Shown here piece by piece: positions 10,501 through 17,203 of a stretch of 64,000 nt of DNA. How positions within the stretch are numbered: position 1 is the stretch's first letter; every line of letters begins with the position of its first letter. The notes beneath the pieces were generated by a model that saw only the letters and a list, made by a program, of their open reading frames with translations, was not told the DNA's origin and ran no database searches. Source of the stretch: Candidatus Xenobium occultum (GTDB lineage Bacteria; Vulcanimicrobiota; Xenobia; Xenobiales; Xenobiaceae). The DNA is taken from positions 72,667 to 136,666 of the forward strand of contig DIWH01000011.1 of assembly GCA_002423485.1 (NCBI GenBank), written 5' to 3'. The position numbers and the translations under genes were made by a program.

Positions 10501-11978
10501 GCGGCTTCCAGGCCGTGGTGGCCCACGATGGCCGGGACGAGGTCCTGCGGGAATGGTGGAGCCGGGACCGCTTCGCCTGGGACGACGTGCGCTCCGTGGG
10601 GGTGCTGGGCTCGCACACGGTCGTGGCCCTGACCCCGGCCGGCCTGGTCCTGTGGGACCGGGACTCGGGCTCCTTCCTGGAGGCCGACATGATCCTCCAG
10701 CCGGGCTTGGAGAGGCTCCTACCCGCCCGCCGCCAGGGACGCCGGGCAGGTCTCCTGGCAATGGGACCTTCCGGCCTCTTCCTCCTGAGCGCCGGGGAGT
10801 CGCAGCAACCAGGCCTCACCGTCGCGACAACCTCCGACTACGAACACCAGCCCGGACTGGAGCTGGCACGGGTTGCGGGCGAACCGGAGCCCTTCGTCAC
10901 GCTGGTGGAACGCTGGCGCCGCGGCGACCCCAGAAGGCCCCAGGAAGCGGCCCTGGTCTCGTCGATTCCGGACTTTGAGCCCTCTCATCTCCTCACGGAC
11001 GGTCAGTTCGTCTTCGACCAGGGGCAGGCGGCCTGTCCTGTGGCCAAGGGCCCCCTCTGGGCGGTCCACGCCCCGTCAGGTCCGCGCAGCCTGGTCACCC
11101 TCAACCGACTGCTGGACTCTGCCCGGGACGGCCGACCCCGGTTGCTCCTGACCCGCGTCCTGCCTGCTCCCGCCCGATTCTCGGCCATGCGCTCCCACCC
11201 GGAAGGCTTCCTGGCCCGGGAGGTTCAGGGCAAATGGTGGCTGGCCCGGATCGCGGGGCCCGAAATCCGTTGGAGCCGACTGGAGTCCCTCGACAAGATG
11301 CCGGAACTCCGCGCCGGGGACCAGGTCGCCCTGGACGTGCAGCGCCTTTCCTGGTCCGCCACTCCACGCCACCTGGGAGACCAGGGAGTCGCTCTGAGGG
11401 TCACCCCCCCGGGCTATCCCCTCTTCGCGACCCTGGACCAGAAGACCGTGCTGGCCTTTGACGGGTTGACGTCCATCTCGGCCTTCCCCAAGACCCGCAG
11501 TCTGGCCCTGGGCACCCTGGGCGGCGTCTACACGGTCCCGTTCACCGGAAACGGAAGAGCCGTGCTGACCTTGCAGGATCCCCGGGCCCGGTTCACCTTC
11601 CGCTGGAAACCCTCGGACGAAAGCGATTCGGACTGGTTGGCGGATGTCCGAGAGGTGCGCCATGACCTGGACGGGACGCTGCACGCCCGATTCGCCCACG
11701 GGTTGGAGGTGGCGCGCCAGGGCCAGGACGGGACCTGGACCCGGGCCGAACGGATGCCCGAGGACGAGAATCGGAGCCCCCGCCACCGAATGACGGTGAT
11801 GGGAGGAAGACTGCTGCTGGACGGGCGGGCCCTGGTCACCAGCAACGACCTGCCGGCAGGACGACGAGACCTGGTGGACATCGTGGGCAAAGCCTATGAC
11901 CCCGAGGACAACGCCCTGTGGCTGGCGACCCGGAACCAGGGACTCTTCAAGCTGGTCCTGGACCGCCTGCTGGAATGA
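4566..11978 (+). CDS. giant membrane-anchored repeat protein (2470 aa); 4 N-terminal TM helices, ~330-aa loop, 5th TM helix, then ~1970 aa of W/G/R-rich beta-propeller-like repeats
   Basis: GTG 4566 is 7 nt after AGGAGG (4554-4559). The open frame is uninterrupted and strongly GC3-biased. Hydrophobic stretches lie at residues ~15-150 and ~478-498. Recurrent motifs (DGRL, GLFxYD, LWLATRNQGLFKL) resemble two-component-regulator propeller repeats. Confidence 0.75.
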   Translation: MRPDPRSRATGNPIHVLLPALLALGLPVLGVLALALLPVDRYWILGYEGLHFYRIWPWLMVAAAACIPLAGAWIHSRHGRPLHLPGMATLAVLTMLLISLRLATSWSLEWHAGMVWLSLLPLAGASLTLALGFLAFSEVWRRVCNGPVVRTLTGRLGPGRLPALRVVPERSRYARGRPWGSPHRLAVLNANFQLTLARVHSVDSPYPPDEADLRRLFRAGGALVECLLRRWPEQGPGFPWILGLPDRAQRRDLNLRTLLDMIAVGLERLRPANSPVDPSQDALATELRQVLPQWMEALEVLAGPQAPGLALVRRLVRAGLDGSAATRGCVAEIVEEARNSQTSDAGPNLSGCCPALWLLVVPDEVPGELVHDVWRELFQRVPGDGAESAPPLACEILQTQHLWRLVDRRLAHLPPLQRSGLARQKVMLEETAGRLQERVDLLMGQHGEARNPSEVTARAGAGVPSWPYWEVRRTPAVRRLVGGLAALALAPVLLALLASNPYVSPLGANTIDHVQDPRWYRPTLTGDWFDLAHSKNWLALASREGDLTLFNTRSRLPREANLESPARDVAGGMQPGSFLAITRDQGVEEVTPGAGPLGARVDLETWLPARERWGWPGPGGFEARAVLANLLDERGWLLAVRGRGLARYEFRSEPNGRRVRSRSWQYGSSPHLDLDQVALTLQGAWYSEGQGGLGFADLDTLDPVGTRSVSTPPIRRLDANFDQDWASATDKRDGLWLFDPSIERWAGAFFGHVERRTTLKSLDSVRAARLDGDLAWLGAREGLFAYDLVGRRLHPAVPGFSSTALEPRPGSDAETPRSVLAGGPLGLVRVSAGPQDFQTRRLDSEPVTSLALGEDSSTAAWLADGKSLKVLKEPFGEGRPATWVPAAGGPRMTESPTVLDARRAKDGLLLLTRAGVIYYQGTEHAYRDASRTRVPAVPSKRFSERIETLKSLDDVDVTEGRLAILGDGRPHLLQEDAEADAPLWRALDPLRLGRPVQVAQAGGLVFGLGGDGRLLRYQEAEVQTCPATPGGLPRGDSSRFQTRGDLFERSDETWRVSFVHEDRLYTYDSKSGSSRSQALASHLRGRVSQVRLVGEDPFLLADQRVFTDQGEPLFGFGSLPFAPTQVSALSPGADWQTVLVGGPEGRVLQYRWNDASWRPVGGRPLPVKSPRSTVEEVLQTPGAVLTRAEGRVFRGTSRGWAPVPDCRRAAFPLAGLSGWGLFRDHVQRMDARSSRPEGPFYCTGMTEARPRGGWRAAWQDESGLVLFSEEGSYATYDPDTDSWSSGRLQGLKELDGFTPWKGGMMVLQGKSVHRIVRDPNRGPLKPELFATAPGPARGISLASTGSKLRMSYLHGGDVVVREWEQPRGLPGEVRRRQRPIPEGFDAADVVAATPAGRGALFFDSRGACASYDPLLGRWGLLRQARPGQTVFAWVSSPRPALVLRTEDNRTHTLRTLPDLTLSERVYETPPEQVLERLEWEGCTWKAPGEGTLLETETLRITRQQGQTRYEAGRDRQWMPLHLKSTGFAEDQPTTVLMTSNGTPWILAGERLFQVQPNEASKGLAFTGRVLPGPVQAAGALAQVEIRTQDPGGLARWTEPEPGAALQAIPADSSTPLARSTIAGHEVEWVLDPAQKGIPAQVSVIPRHRDGRPTAFTEEGRLDFQTIQDLAVMNDRLLLATPTGVVVRDAQSFAFRELHAGPPVRALIRAFGPERLLARLADGRVVDWQEQGLGGEDLRGTPQGTSRVEMGPVTWSLLISGKPGVGSGLALTMKESPVEWRPSQDGWLPEMDRVARLDRLASAERALVLGTGAGSWRLDPDNLRAFEPVPAVEPEKVQGGHAALEVTAEAPVLTLRAPDDGPVFNQGRFYFDVGGGLRGLGSSIYTLVPGRGLVGRDSAAPNHILGYWPLDRQMPDGRPALAAEDGRLSLAFQSSSPSQRTRWLLPPEEGARWRRDPNPNRPERVEYGPVTWRGWRDGRSGFQAVVAHDGRDEVLREWWSRDRFAWDDVRSVGVLGSHTVVALTPAGLVLWDRDSGSFLEADMILQPGLERLLPARRQGRRAGLLAMGPSGLFLLSAGESQQPGLTVATTSDYEHQPGLELARVAGEPEPFVTLVERWRRGDPRRPQEAALVSSIPDFEPSHLLTDGQFVFDQGQAACPVAKGPLWAVHAPSGPRSLVTLNRLLDSARDGRPRLLLTRVLPAPARFSAMRSHPEGFLAREVQGKWWLARIAGPEIRWSRLESLDKMPELRAGDQVALDVQRLSWSATPRHLGDQGVALRVTPPGYPLFATLDQKTVLAFDGLTSISAFPKTRSLALGTLGGVYTVPFTGNGRAVLTLQDPRARFTFRWKPSDESDSDWLADVREVRHDLDGTLHARFAHGLEVARQGQDGTWTRAERMPEDENRSPRHRMTVMGGRLLLDGRALVTSNDLPAGRRDLVDIVGKAYDPEDNALWLATRNQGLFKLVLDRLLE

Positions 11979-11988
11979 ACCGCTCGTC

Positions 11989-12849
11989 TCAGCCTCCGGA
12001 AAGGGCTCCCAGGACGCTCCCTTCTGAAGTGCAGGGGCCGACGTCTCCCAGGCCGCTGCCATCGAAGGTGGGAATGAACCGTGCGTCGGCGGACTGCAGG
12101 TCCTGGACCCATCCGTCCAGGTCGGGGAGCCCGTCCAGGTAATCCAGGACCTGCTCATACTCCTCGGAGGTCAGGGTCCGGTTCAGTTCAGGGAAGGCCG
12201 CCAGGTCGCCGACCGGGGTGTACTGGGCCATGATGGACACCGGAGTCCCCGCGGGAAGCGTGGCCAGGAAGTCCAGGGCGGCCAGGGTGTTGGGAAGGTT
12301 CCCGGGCAGCACCAGGTGGCGGACCACCGTGCCCCGCGCCAGCAGGCCCTCCTCGTCGAAGAGAGCCGGCCCCGTGGCCTCTCGCATGGCCTGGATCGCG
12401 GCCCGCGCCGTCTCGGAATAGTCCTCCCGAGCGCTGTAACGCGCGGCCAGGCCGGGCGAGGCGTACTTGAAATCGGGCAGGAAGATGTCGACCCAGGGGG
12501 CGACCCGGGCCACCAGGTCCACGGTTTCGTAGCCGCTGGAGTTCCAGACCACGGGGATGCTGGGGCGAGCCAGGGCCAGGGCCTCCCGGATGGATTCGGC
12601 GAAGTGGGTGGGTGTCACCAGGTTGAGGTTGTGGGCTCCCTGCTCTTCGAGTTCCCGGAAAACCTCGGCCAGGCGAGGAATCTCCAGGTTCCAGCCGCGT
12701 CCTTGGCGACTGATCTCCTGGTTCTGGCAGAAGGCACAGCGCAGGCGACAGCCCGAGAAGAAGACCGTCCCCGACCCCCGGGTCCCGCTCAGGCAGGGTT
12801 CTTCCCAGTGATGCAGGCCGGCCCGGGCGACGCGAACGACCCGGCTCAC
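11989..12849 (-). CDS. PflX-like radical SAM protein (pyruvate formate-lyase activase homologue), N-terminally short
   Basis: HHWEEPCLSGTRGSGTVFFSGCRLRCAFCQN carries the CxxxCxxC radical-SAM motif, and the downstream sequence matches the COG1313/PflX family. Start is taken as GTG 12849, overlapping the upstream TGA (GTGA). The usual Cys-rich N-terminal region of PflX is absent in this frame. Confidence 0.6.
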   Translation of the reverse strand: MSRVVRVARAGLHHWEEPCLSGTRGSGTVFFSGCRLRCAFCQNQEISRQGRGWNLEIPRLAEVFRELEEQGAHNLNLVTPTHFAESIREALALARPSIPVVWNSSGYETVDLVARVAPWVDIFLPDFKYASPGLAARYSAREDYSETARAAIQAMREATGPALFDEEGLLARGTVVRHLVLPGNLPNTLAALDFLATLPAGTPVSIMAQYTPVGDLAAFPELNRTLTSEEYEQVLDYLDGLPDLDGWVQDLQSADARFIPTFDGSGLGDVGPCTSEGSVLGALSGG

Positions 12850-14093
12850 GAGCGCCGCTCTCCAGCCCCCCCCACCAGACAACCCTCCAGCGCCAGGGCC
12901 ATCGCCTCGGCCGTCGGATAGCGCCGGTCGGGATCGCGCTCGGTGGCCGTCAGGCAGACCTGGTCCAGGTTCTCGGGGACTTCGGGCCGCAACCTGCGGG
13001 GCGACATGGGATTGCCGTGGAGGATCTGCGCCAGCATGCCGGTCACCCCCTCGCGCCGCAAAGGCAGGTCCCCCACCAGCATCTCGTACAGAATCAGGCC
13101 CAAGGCGTAGAGGTCCGTGCGGCCGTCCACCAGGTCGGACTCGGTTTGAAGCTGCTCGGGCGCCATGTAGGCGGGAGTGCCCAGGGTGCACCCCGGTTGG
13201 GTCAGGCGAAATGCGGCCTCCAGCAAACGCGAAATCCCGAAATCCACGAGACGAACCCTTCCGCTGGGTTCGATCAACAGGTTGCCCGGCTTGAGATCGC
13301 GATGGACCACCCCCGCCTGATGGACCACCTGGAGAATCCGCGCCACGTCGCGGGCGATGCGGGCCGCGCGAAGAACCGGCAGGGAGGCGAAGGCCAGGAT
13401 CCGGTCCAGATCCCGGCCGGGGACCAGCTCCATGGCCAGGTGGGGAAACGGTTCGGTCTGGAAGTCCCAGACGGGCACGATCTGGGGATGGGCCATGCGC
13501 GCCATGATTCGGGCCTCCTGGCGGAACCGGGCGACGTGGGCCGGCGAGAGCATCTCCTGAGGAAGGACCTTCAGGGCCACCTCCCGCTGCAGGGAGGTGG
13601 CCAACGCGCGGAAGACCTGCCCCATCCCACCTTCGCCCAGGACCTCCAGGATCCGATAGCGTCCCAGGGTCTGGCCAGGAAGCCCCCGGAAGGGCCTGCC
13701 CCCCGAATCCGGGGCCGCCCCCCGGGTGGCGCGCAGGCAGACCTGGATTCGGGCCAGCAGCACGGATGGATCGACCGGCTTGAGCAGGAAATCATCGGCG
13801 CCAGCCTGGAGGAGCTGGACCTCCAGATCGGGCCCGGCCCGCGTCCCCAACACCAGAATCGCCAGGTCCTCCGGGGAGAAGCGGCGGCGCAGACCGCGCA
13901 CTGCGTCCAGAAGGGGATGCAGAGAATCCAGGACGACCAGGTCCACCTGCTCGGCCAGGAGGGTCTCGAGGGTCTGCCCCGCTCCGACAGCCCGCAGGAT
14001 CCCGTATCCCTGGTCCTGGAGACTCTGAACCAGACCCTCCAGGGCCACGGGGTCCTCCCCTGCCAACAAGACACGCCTGGAGTTGCCATCCAT
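12846..14093 (-). CDS. response-regulator receiver domain fused to Ser/Thr protein kinase
   Basis: ATG 14093 gives MDGNSRRVLLAGEDP..., a REC domain with DSLHP and KP motifs, followed by a kinase with VALK, HRDLKPGN, DFG and APE motifs. The ORF-track start at 14279 adds an implausible Pro/Arg-rich leader. Confidence 0.7.
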   Translation of the reverse strand: MDGNSRRVLLAGEDPVALEGLVQSLQDQGYGILRAVGAGQTLETLLAEQVDLVVLDSLHPLLDAVRGLRRRFSPEDLAILVLGTRAGPDLEVQLLQAGADDFLLKPVDPSVLLARIQVCLRATRGAAPDSGGRPFRGLPGQTLGRYRILEVLGEGGMGQVFRALATSLQREVALKVLPQEMLSPAHVARFRQEARIMARMAHPQIVPVWDFQTEPFPHLAMELVPGRDLDRILAFASLPVLRAARIARDVARILQVVHQAGVVHRDLKPGNLLIEPSGRVRLVDFGISRLLEAAFRLTQPGCTLGTPAYMAPEQLQTESDLVDGRTDLYALGLILYEMLVGDLPLRREGVTGMLAQILHGNPMSPRRLRPEVPENLDQVCLTATERDPDRRYPTAEAMALALEGCLVGGAGERRS

Positions 14094-14520
14094 GGGGGTG
14101 CATTTCCACCGCGCCCCTGGAGAGGCCTGCCGAGACGAGGTCACGACTGGCAGCGCGGGTGTCTGCGAATCATGGATCCGGCTAAAAAATGCGCATGCAC
14201 CGGACAACGAGAAGGGTCGCCGGAGCGACCCTGGTGGTGGGCGGGCCTGAGACGGCTGCTTCCGGCCGGACGACTCCATTCTTGTTTCGGGCCGATCGAC
14301 GACAGGCGCTGACGCGTCTCAACTCCCGCCCAGATCATCCTGGCAGAATTGCCGTCGGGGAACATTGCCGGAACGTTGCCGACAGGACAAAGATGCAGAT
14401 GCGCTTTCCTGCCTGGGTGCACATGCAAGAATCTCCCAGGAACGGGTCATGGTCTCGAGGTCTGAAGACCCCTTCGACGGAGCCAATCCGGACTCGCGCC
14501 GACCGGTCCCCTGAGAAATC

Positions 14521-14550
14521 GAAAAGCCCGCCACCTGTGGCGGGCTTTTC
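14521..14550. terminator. palindromic hairpin (gcccgccac ctgt ggcgggc) flanked by A/T runs, usable from either strand; terminates tRNA-Ala transcript
   Basis: Perfect 9-bp stem with a 4-nt loop. On the minus strand it is followed by TTTTC, on the plus strand by TTTTCG. It lies 2 nt downstream of the tRNA-Ala 3' end. Confidence 0.5.
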
Positions 14551-14552
14551 GT

Positions 14553-14628
14553 TGGTGGAGCCAGTCGGACTCGAACCGACGGCCTCCTCCGTGCAAGGGA
14601 GGCGCTCTCCCAGCTGAGCTATGGCCCC
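14553..14628 (-). tRNA. tRNA-Ala(TGC)
   Basis: 76-nt cloverleaf with anticodon loop CTTGCAC, G3:U70 identity pair, T-loop TTCGAGT and encoded CCA. Confidence 0.9.
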
Positions 14629-14698
14629 AGGGTTCACCGGTAAAAACTGCCCCTATAGAAATGGGAGCGGCGGACCGCTCCCACTTCCAAGGCAGTTG

Positions 14699-14775
14699 TG
14701 GTGGGCTTAGCTGGACTCGAACCAGCGACCTCGTCCTTATCAGGGACGCGCTCTAACCACCTGAGCTACAAGCCC
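14699..14775 (-). tRNA. tRNA-Ile(GAT)
   Basis: 77-nt cloverleaf with anticodon loop CTGATAA, T-loop TTCGAGT and encoded CCA. Confidence 0.9.
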
Positions 14776-14790
14776 GTGCCCGAGTTCGGA

Positions 14791-14818
14791 GATTATCACA
14801 GGCCGAAGCCCCTGTCAA
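14791..14818 (-). promoter_or_regulatory. sigma70-type promoter for the tRNA-Ile/tRNA-Ala unit
   Basis: On the minus strand there is a consensus TTGACA (plus-strand tgtcaa at 14813-14818), a 15-17 nt spacer, and GATAAT/TAATCT around 14792-14797. This sits ~16 nt upstream of the mature tRNA-Ile 5' end. Confidence 0.35.
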
Positions 14819-14937
14819 GGAAGATCCGGAATCCGATCCCCGAACGGGTTCCGGATTTCCCTCCCCTGCCGGGTGAGCCATCTCAAGCGCCTGGAGTCCG
14901 GCGCAGGGAGGAGGACCGGCCGCGAGAAGTCTCCCGC

Positions 14938-15561
14938 ATGCCCTTCCAGTCCCAATCCTTCCAGCAGAGGGCCGAAGACTCGGTGGCGGCCATCGAGGCC
15001 GTCAGCCGAGCCGAGGTGGTGGTCGTGGTGGCAGGCCGTTCCGGCAGCTACGCCGACGTCGACCTGCTGTGGGGGATCCTGGCTGGATTGACGACGCTGG
15101 GACTCGTCCTGCACAGCCCCTGGAACTTCCATCCCGACCTGGTGCTGCCGGATGTCGCGCTCTTTGGATGGCTGGCCTGGATGGCCTCACGTCGCCTGGA
15201 CCCCCTCCGCCGGGCGCTGACCTCTCGGAAGCGTCGCTGCGGTCAGGTGGAAGCCGCAGCCCGCCAGGCCTTCATGGAGGAGGGCGTCTCGGCCACCCGG
15301 GAACGCACGGGAGTCTTGGTTTACCTGTCATTGCTGGAACGGGAGGTGGTCCTTCAACCGGATCTGGGTCTGGACGGCCTGGTGCCCCGGGCCGTGTGGA
15401 ACCGGTTCCGGCACGCCCTGCGCGGATGCCGGAAATTGAAGGATCTGGAGGAGTGCTTCTTCCAGGGGATGGCAGATCTGGCCCAGCACCTTCCCCGGCA
15501 TGCCCCGGCCGGCGCCCAGGATCCCGACGAAATCCCCAACACGCCGAGGCTGCGGCTTTGA
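14938..15561 (+). CDS. hypothetical protein (207 aa) with one hydrophobic segment
   Basis: The ORF-track frame 14698..15561 begins inside tRNA-Ile. The plausible start is ATG 14938 (MPFQSQSF...). RBS is weak and the start is uncertain. Confidence 0.4.
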   Translation: MPFQSQSFQQRAEDSVAAIEAVSRAEVVVVVAGRSGSYADVDLLWGILAGLTTLGLVLHSPWNFHPDLVLPDVALFGWLAWMASRRLDPLRRALTSRKRRCGQVEAAARQAFMEEGVSATRERTGVLVYLSLLEREVVLQPDLGLDGLVPRAVWNRFRHALRGCRKLKDLEECFFQGMADLAQHLPRHAPAGAQDPDEIPNTPRLRL

Positions 15562-17045
15562 GGCGGGTCCTGACCGGGGTCCTGATCGGGTCGCTGGCCT
15601 GGGCTTTGGCCGAGGCCGCCTGGGGCCGGGTGGGGGGTGGAGAGACCTTTGGAGGTGGAGGAGCCAGTCCCAGTGGCGGGGGCGGCGACGACGGGGGCGC
15701 CTTCCTGATCTACCTGCTGATCCGGCTGGTCCTCGAATACCCCGCCATCGGGATTCCATTGGCCATCGCCGTGGGAATCGGCTACCTCGTCCTGAAGGCC
15801 GGCTCGGCCCATCAACTGCAAGGGAACCTGTCTTCGCAACAGGCCCGGGACTGGTCCGCCTCGGTGACGCCAGCCCGGCGCTCGGCGCACCAGTTGGAGT
15901 CCCTCCGCAAGGAGGACCCCAACTTCTCAACCCCGCTCTTCCTGGACTTCGTCAACCTGCTGTTCACTCGGGTCCACTCCGAGCGGACCGGAGACCTGGC
16001 CAGCCTGGCGGGCTACCTGGACCCCGGATTGCGACGGAGCCTGGTCGAACAGACGCAGACCGCTCGGGTCACGGAGGTCCAGAACGTCCTGGTCGGCTCG
16101 ATGCGGATCACCGATCTGGAGTTGGGGGCCTCCCAGACCGTCACGGTGGACCTGGAGGCCAACTTCACCGAACTTGCAGCCTCCAGCCCCGCTCCCATCT
16201 ACTCCGTCGAGCGCTGGACCTTCGTCCGACGAGCGGGTGTCCTCTCCAAGGGCCCTGTCGAGATCACCCGACTGGCCTGCCCCAGTTGCGGGAACCCGGC
16301 CGAGTTCCGGGCCGACGGATCGTGTCCGTTCTGCGACCAGGTGGCCTCCACCGGCGCCTGGGCCTGGGTCCTGAAGACCATCGAGGTCCGCAACCGGGTT
16401 CCCCGACCTCGCATGGATCTGCGCCAGGGCGGCCAGGAGGTGGGCACCGAAGAGCCGACCCGCATGCAGCCCGGATTCGACCTGCGCCGCAAGGAGTTCA
16501 TGGTCCGCCACACCGGCTTCTCCTGGCCGGACTTCGAGAATCGGGTCCGTCACGTCTTCACCCGCCTGCAGGAGTCCTGGAGCCAGGGCCGCTGGGAGCT
16601 GGCGCGCCCCTTCGAGACCGACCATCTGTTCTCGAACCACCGCTTCTGGCTGGAGGCTTACGCGCGGGATGGTCTGGCCAACCGGATCCAGGACGTCCGG
16701 ATCGAGCACGTGGTCCCTGTCAAGATCGAAACAGATGCCTGGTTCGACTCATTGACAGTCCGCATCTGGGCCAGCGCCCGAGACTGGACCGAGGAGGTGG
16801 CCACCGGCAAGGTGGTCGCCGGATCCCGCGAGAAGGAGCGCCGTTTCTCGGAGTATTGGACCTTCCTGCGGCGTTCGGGCTTCTCCGCCACCCCGGCCAA
16901 GGATCCCGCCTCCTGCCCGAGCTGCGGAGCCCCGCTGGAGATCACCATGACCGGAATCTGCCCGTACTGCGACAGCAAGATCACCTCGGGGGAATTCGAC
17001 TGGGTGCTGACCCGAATCGAGCAGGACGAGGCCTACGAGGCTTGA
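15558..17045 (+). CDS. membrane protein with N-terminal TM/Gly-rich region and two repeated modules (Tim44-like/SnoaL-like fold candidate), each containing a CPSCG...CP(F/Y)CD zinc ribbon
   Basis: TTG 15558 overlaps the upstream TGA (TTGA). There is an internal duplication: ERWTFVRRAG...CPSCGNPAEF...CPFCDQ...WAWVLKTIE versus EYWTFLRRSG...CPSCGAPLEI...CPYCDS...FDWVLTRIE. Confidence 0.55.
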   Translation: MRRVLTGVLIGSLAWALAEAAWGRVGGGETFGGGGASPSGGGGDDGGAFLIYLLIRLVLEYPAIGIPLAIAVGIGYLVLKAGSAHQLQGNLSSQQARDWSASVTPARRSAHQLESLRKEDPNFSTPLFLDFVNLLFTRVHSERTGDLASLAGYLDPGLRRSLVEQTQTARVTEVQNVLVGSMRITDLELGASQTVTVDLEANFTELAASSPAPIYSVERWTFVRRAGVLSKGPVEITRLACPSCGNPAEFRADGSCPFCDQVASTGAWAWVLKTIEVRNRVPRPRMDLRQGGQEVGTEEPTRMQPGFDLRRKEFMVRHTGFSWPDFENRVRHVFTRLQESWSQGRWELARPFETDHLFSNHRFWLEAYARDGLANRIQDVRIEHVVPVKIETDAWFDSLTVRIWASARDWTEEVATGKVVAGSREKERRFSEYWTFLRRSGFSATPAKDPASCPSCGAPLEITMTGICPYCDSKITSGEFDWVLTRIEQDEAYEA

Positions 17046-17203
17046 GTCGGGCGGCGGCGGTTCACATCCTGGCAACACTCTTGTAACAAGTGGTTCGGAA
17101 CCTGAATCCGCGCTCTGTGGTAACATGAACGGGGTGCATGGACTTCAGACGAAGCCCATGCATACCGCCCGAACTTTGTCAGTCACGATGAAAGGGGAAC
17201 GCG

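Noticed and set aside
12316-12921. 201-aa plus-strand ORF opposite the radical SAM gene
   Set aside because: It is antisense to a frame with a clear CxxxCxxC radical-SAM core and has biased Gly/Pro/Arg composition.
14553-14775. Ile-Ala tRNA pair as the intergenic spacer of an rRNA operon
   Set aside because: No 16S or 23S sequence flanks the pair within the window. Protein-coding genes and dedicated promoter and terminator signals abut it instead.
15069-17086. Longer alternative frames (658 aa from 15069, 528 aa from 15500) for the Tim44-like gene region
   Set aside because: The 15069 start overlaps the preceding ORF in another frame and yields a Pro/Gly-rich leader. TTG 15558, at the TTGA junction, gives a protein that begins with its signal/TM segment. 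The 15500 frame is a different reading of the same DNA with Arg/Gly/Pro junk.
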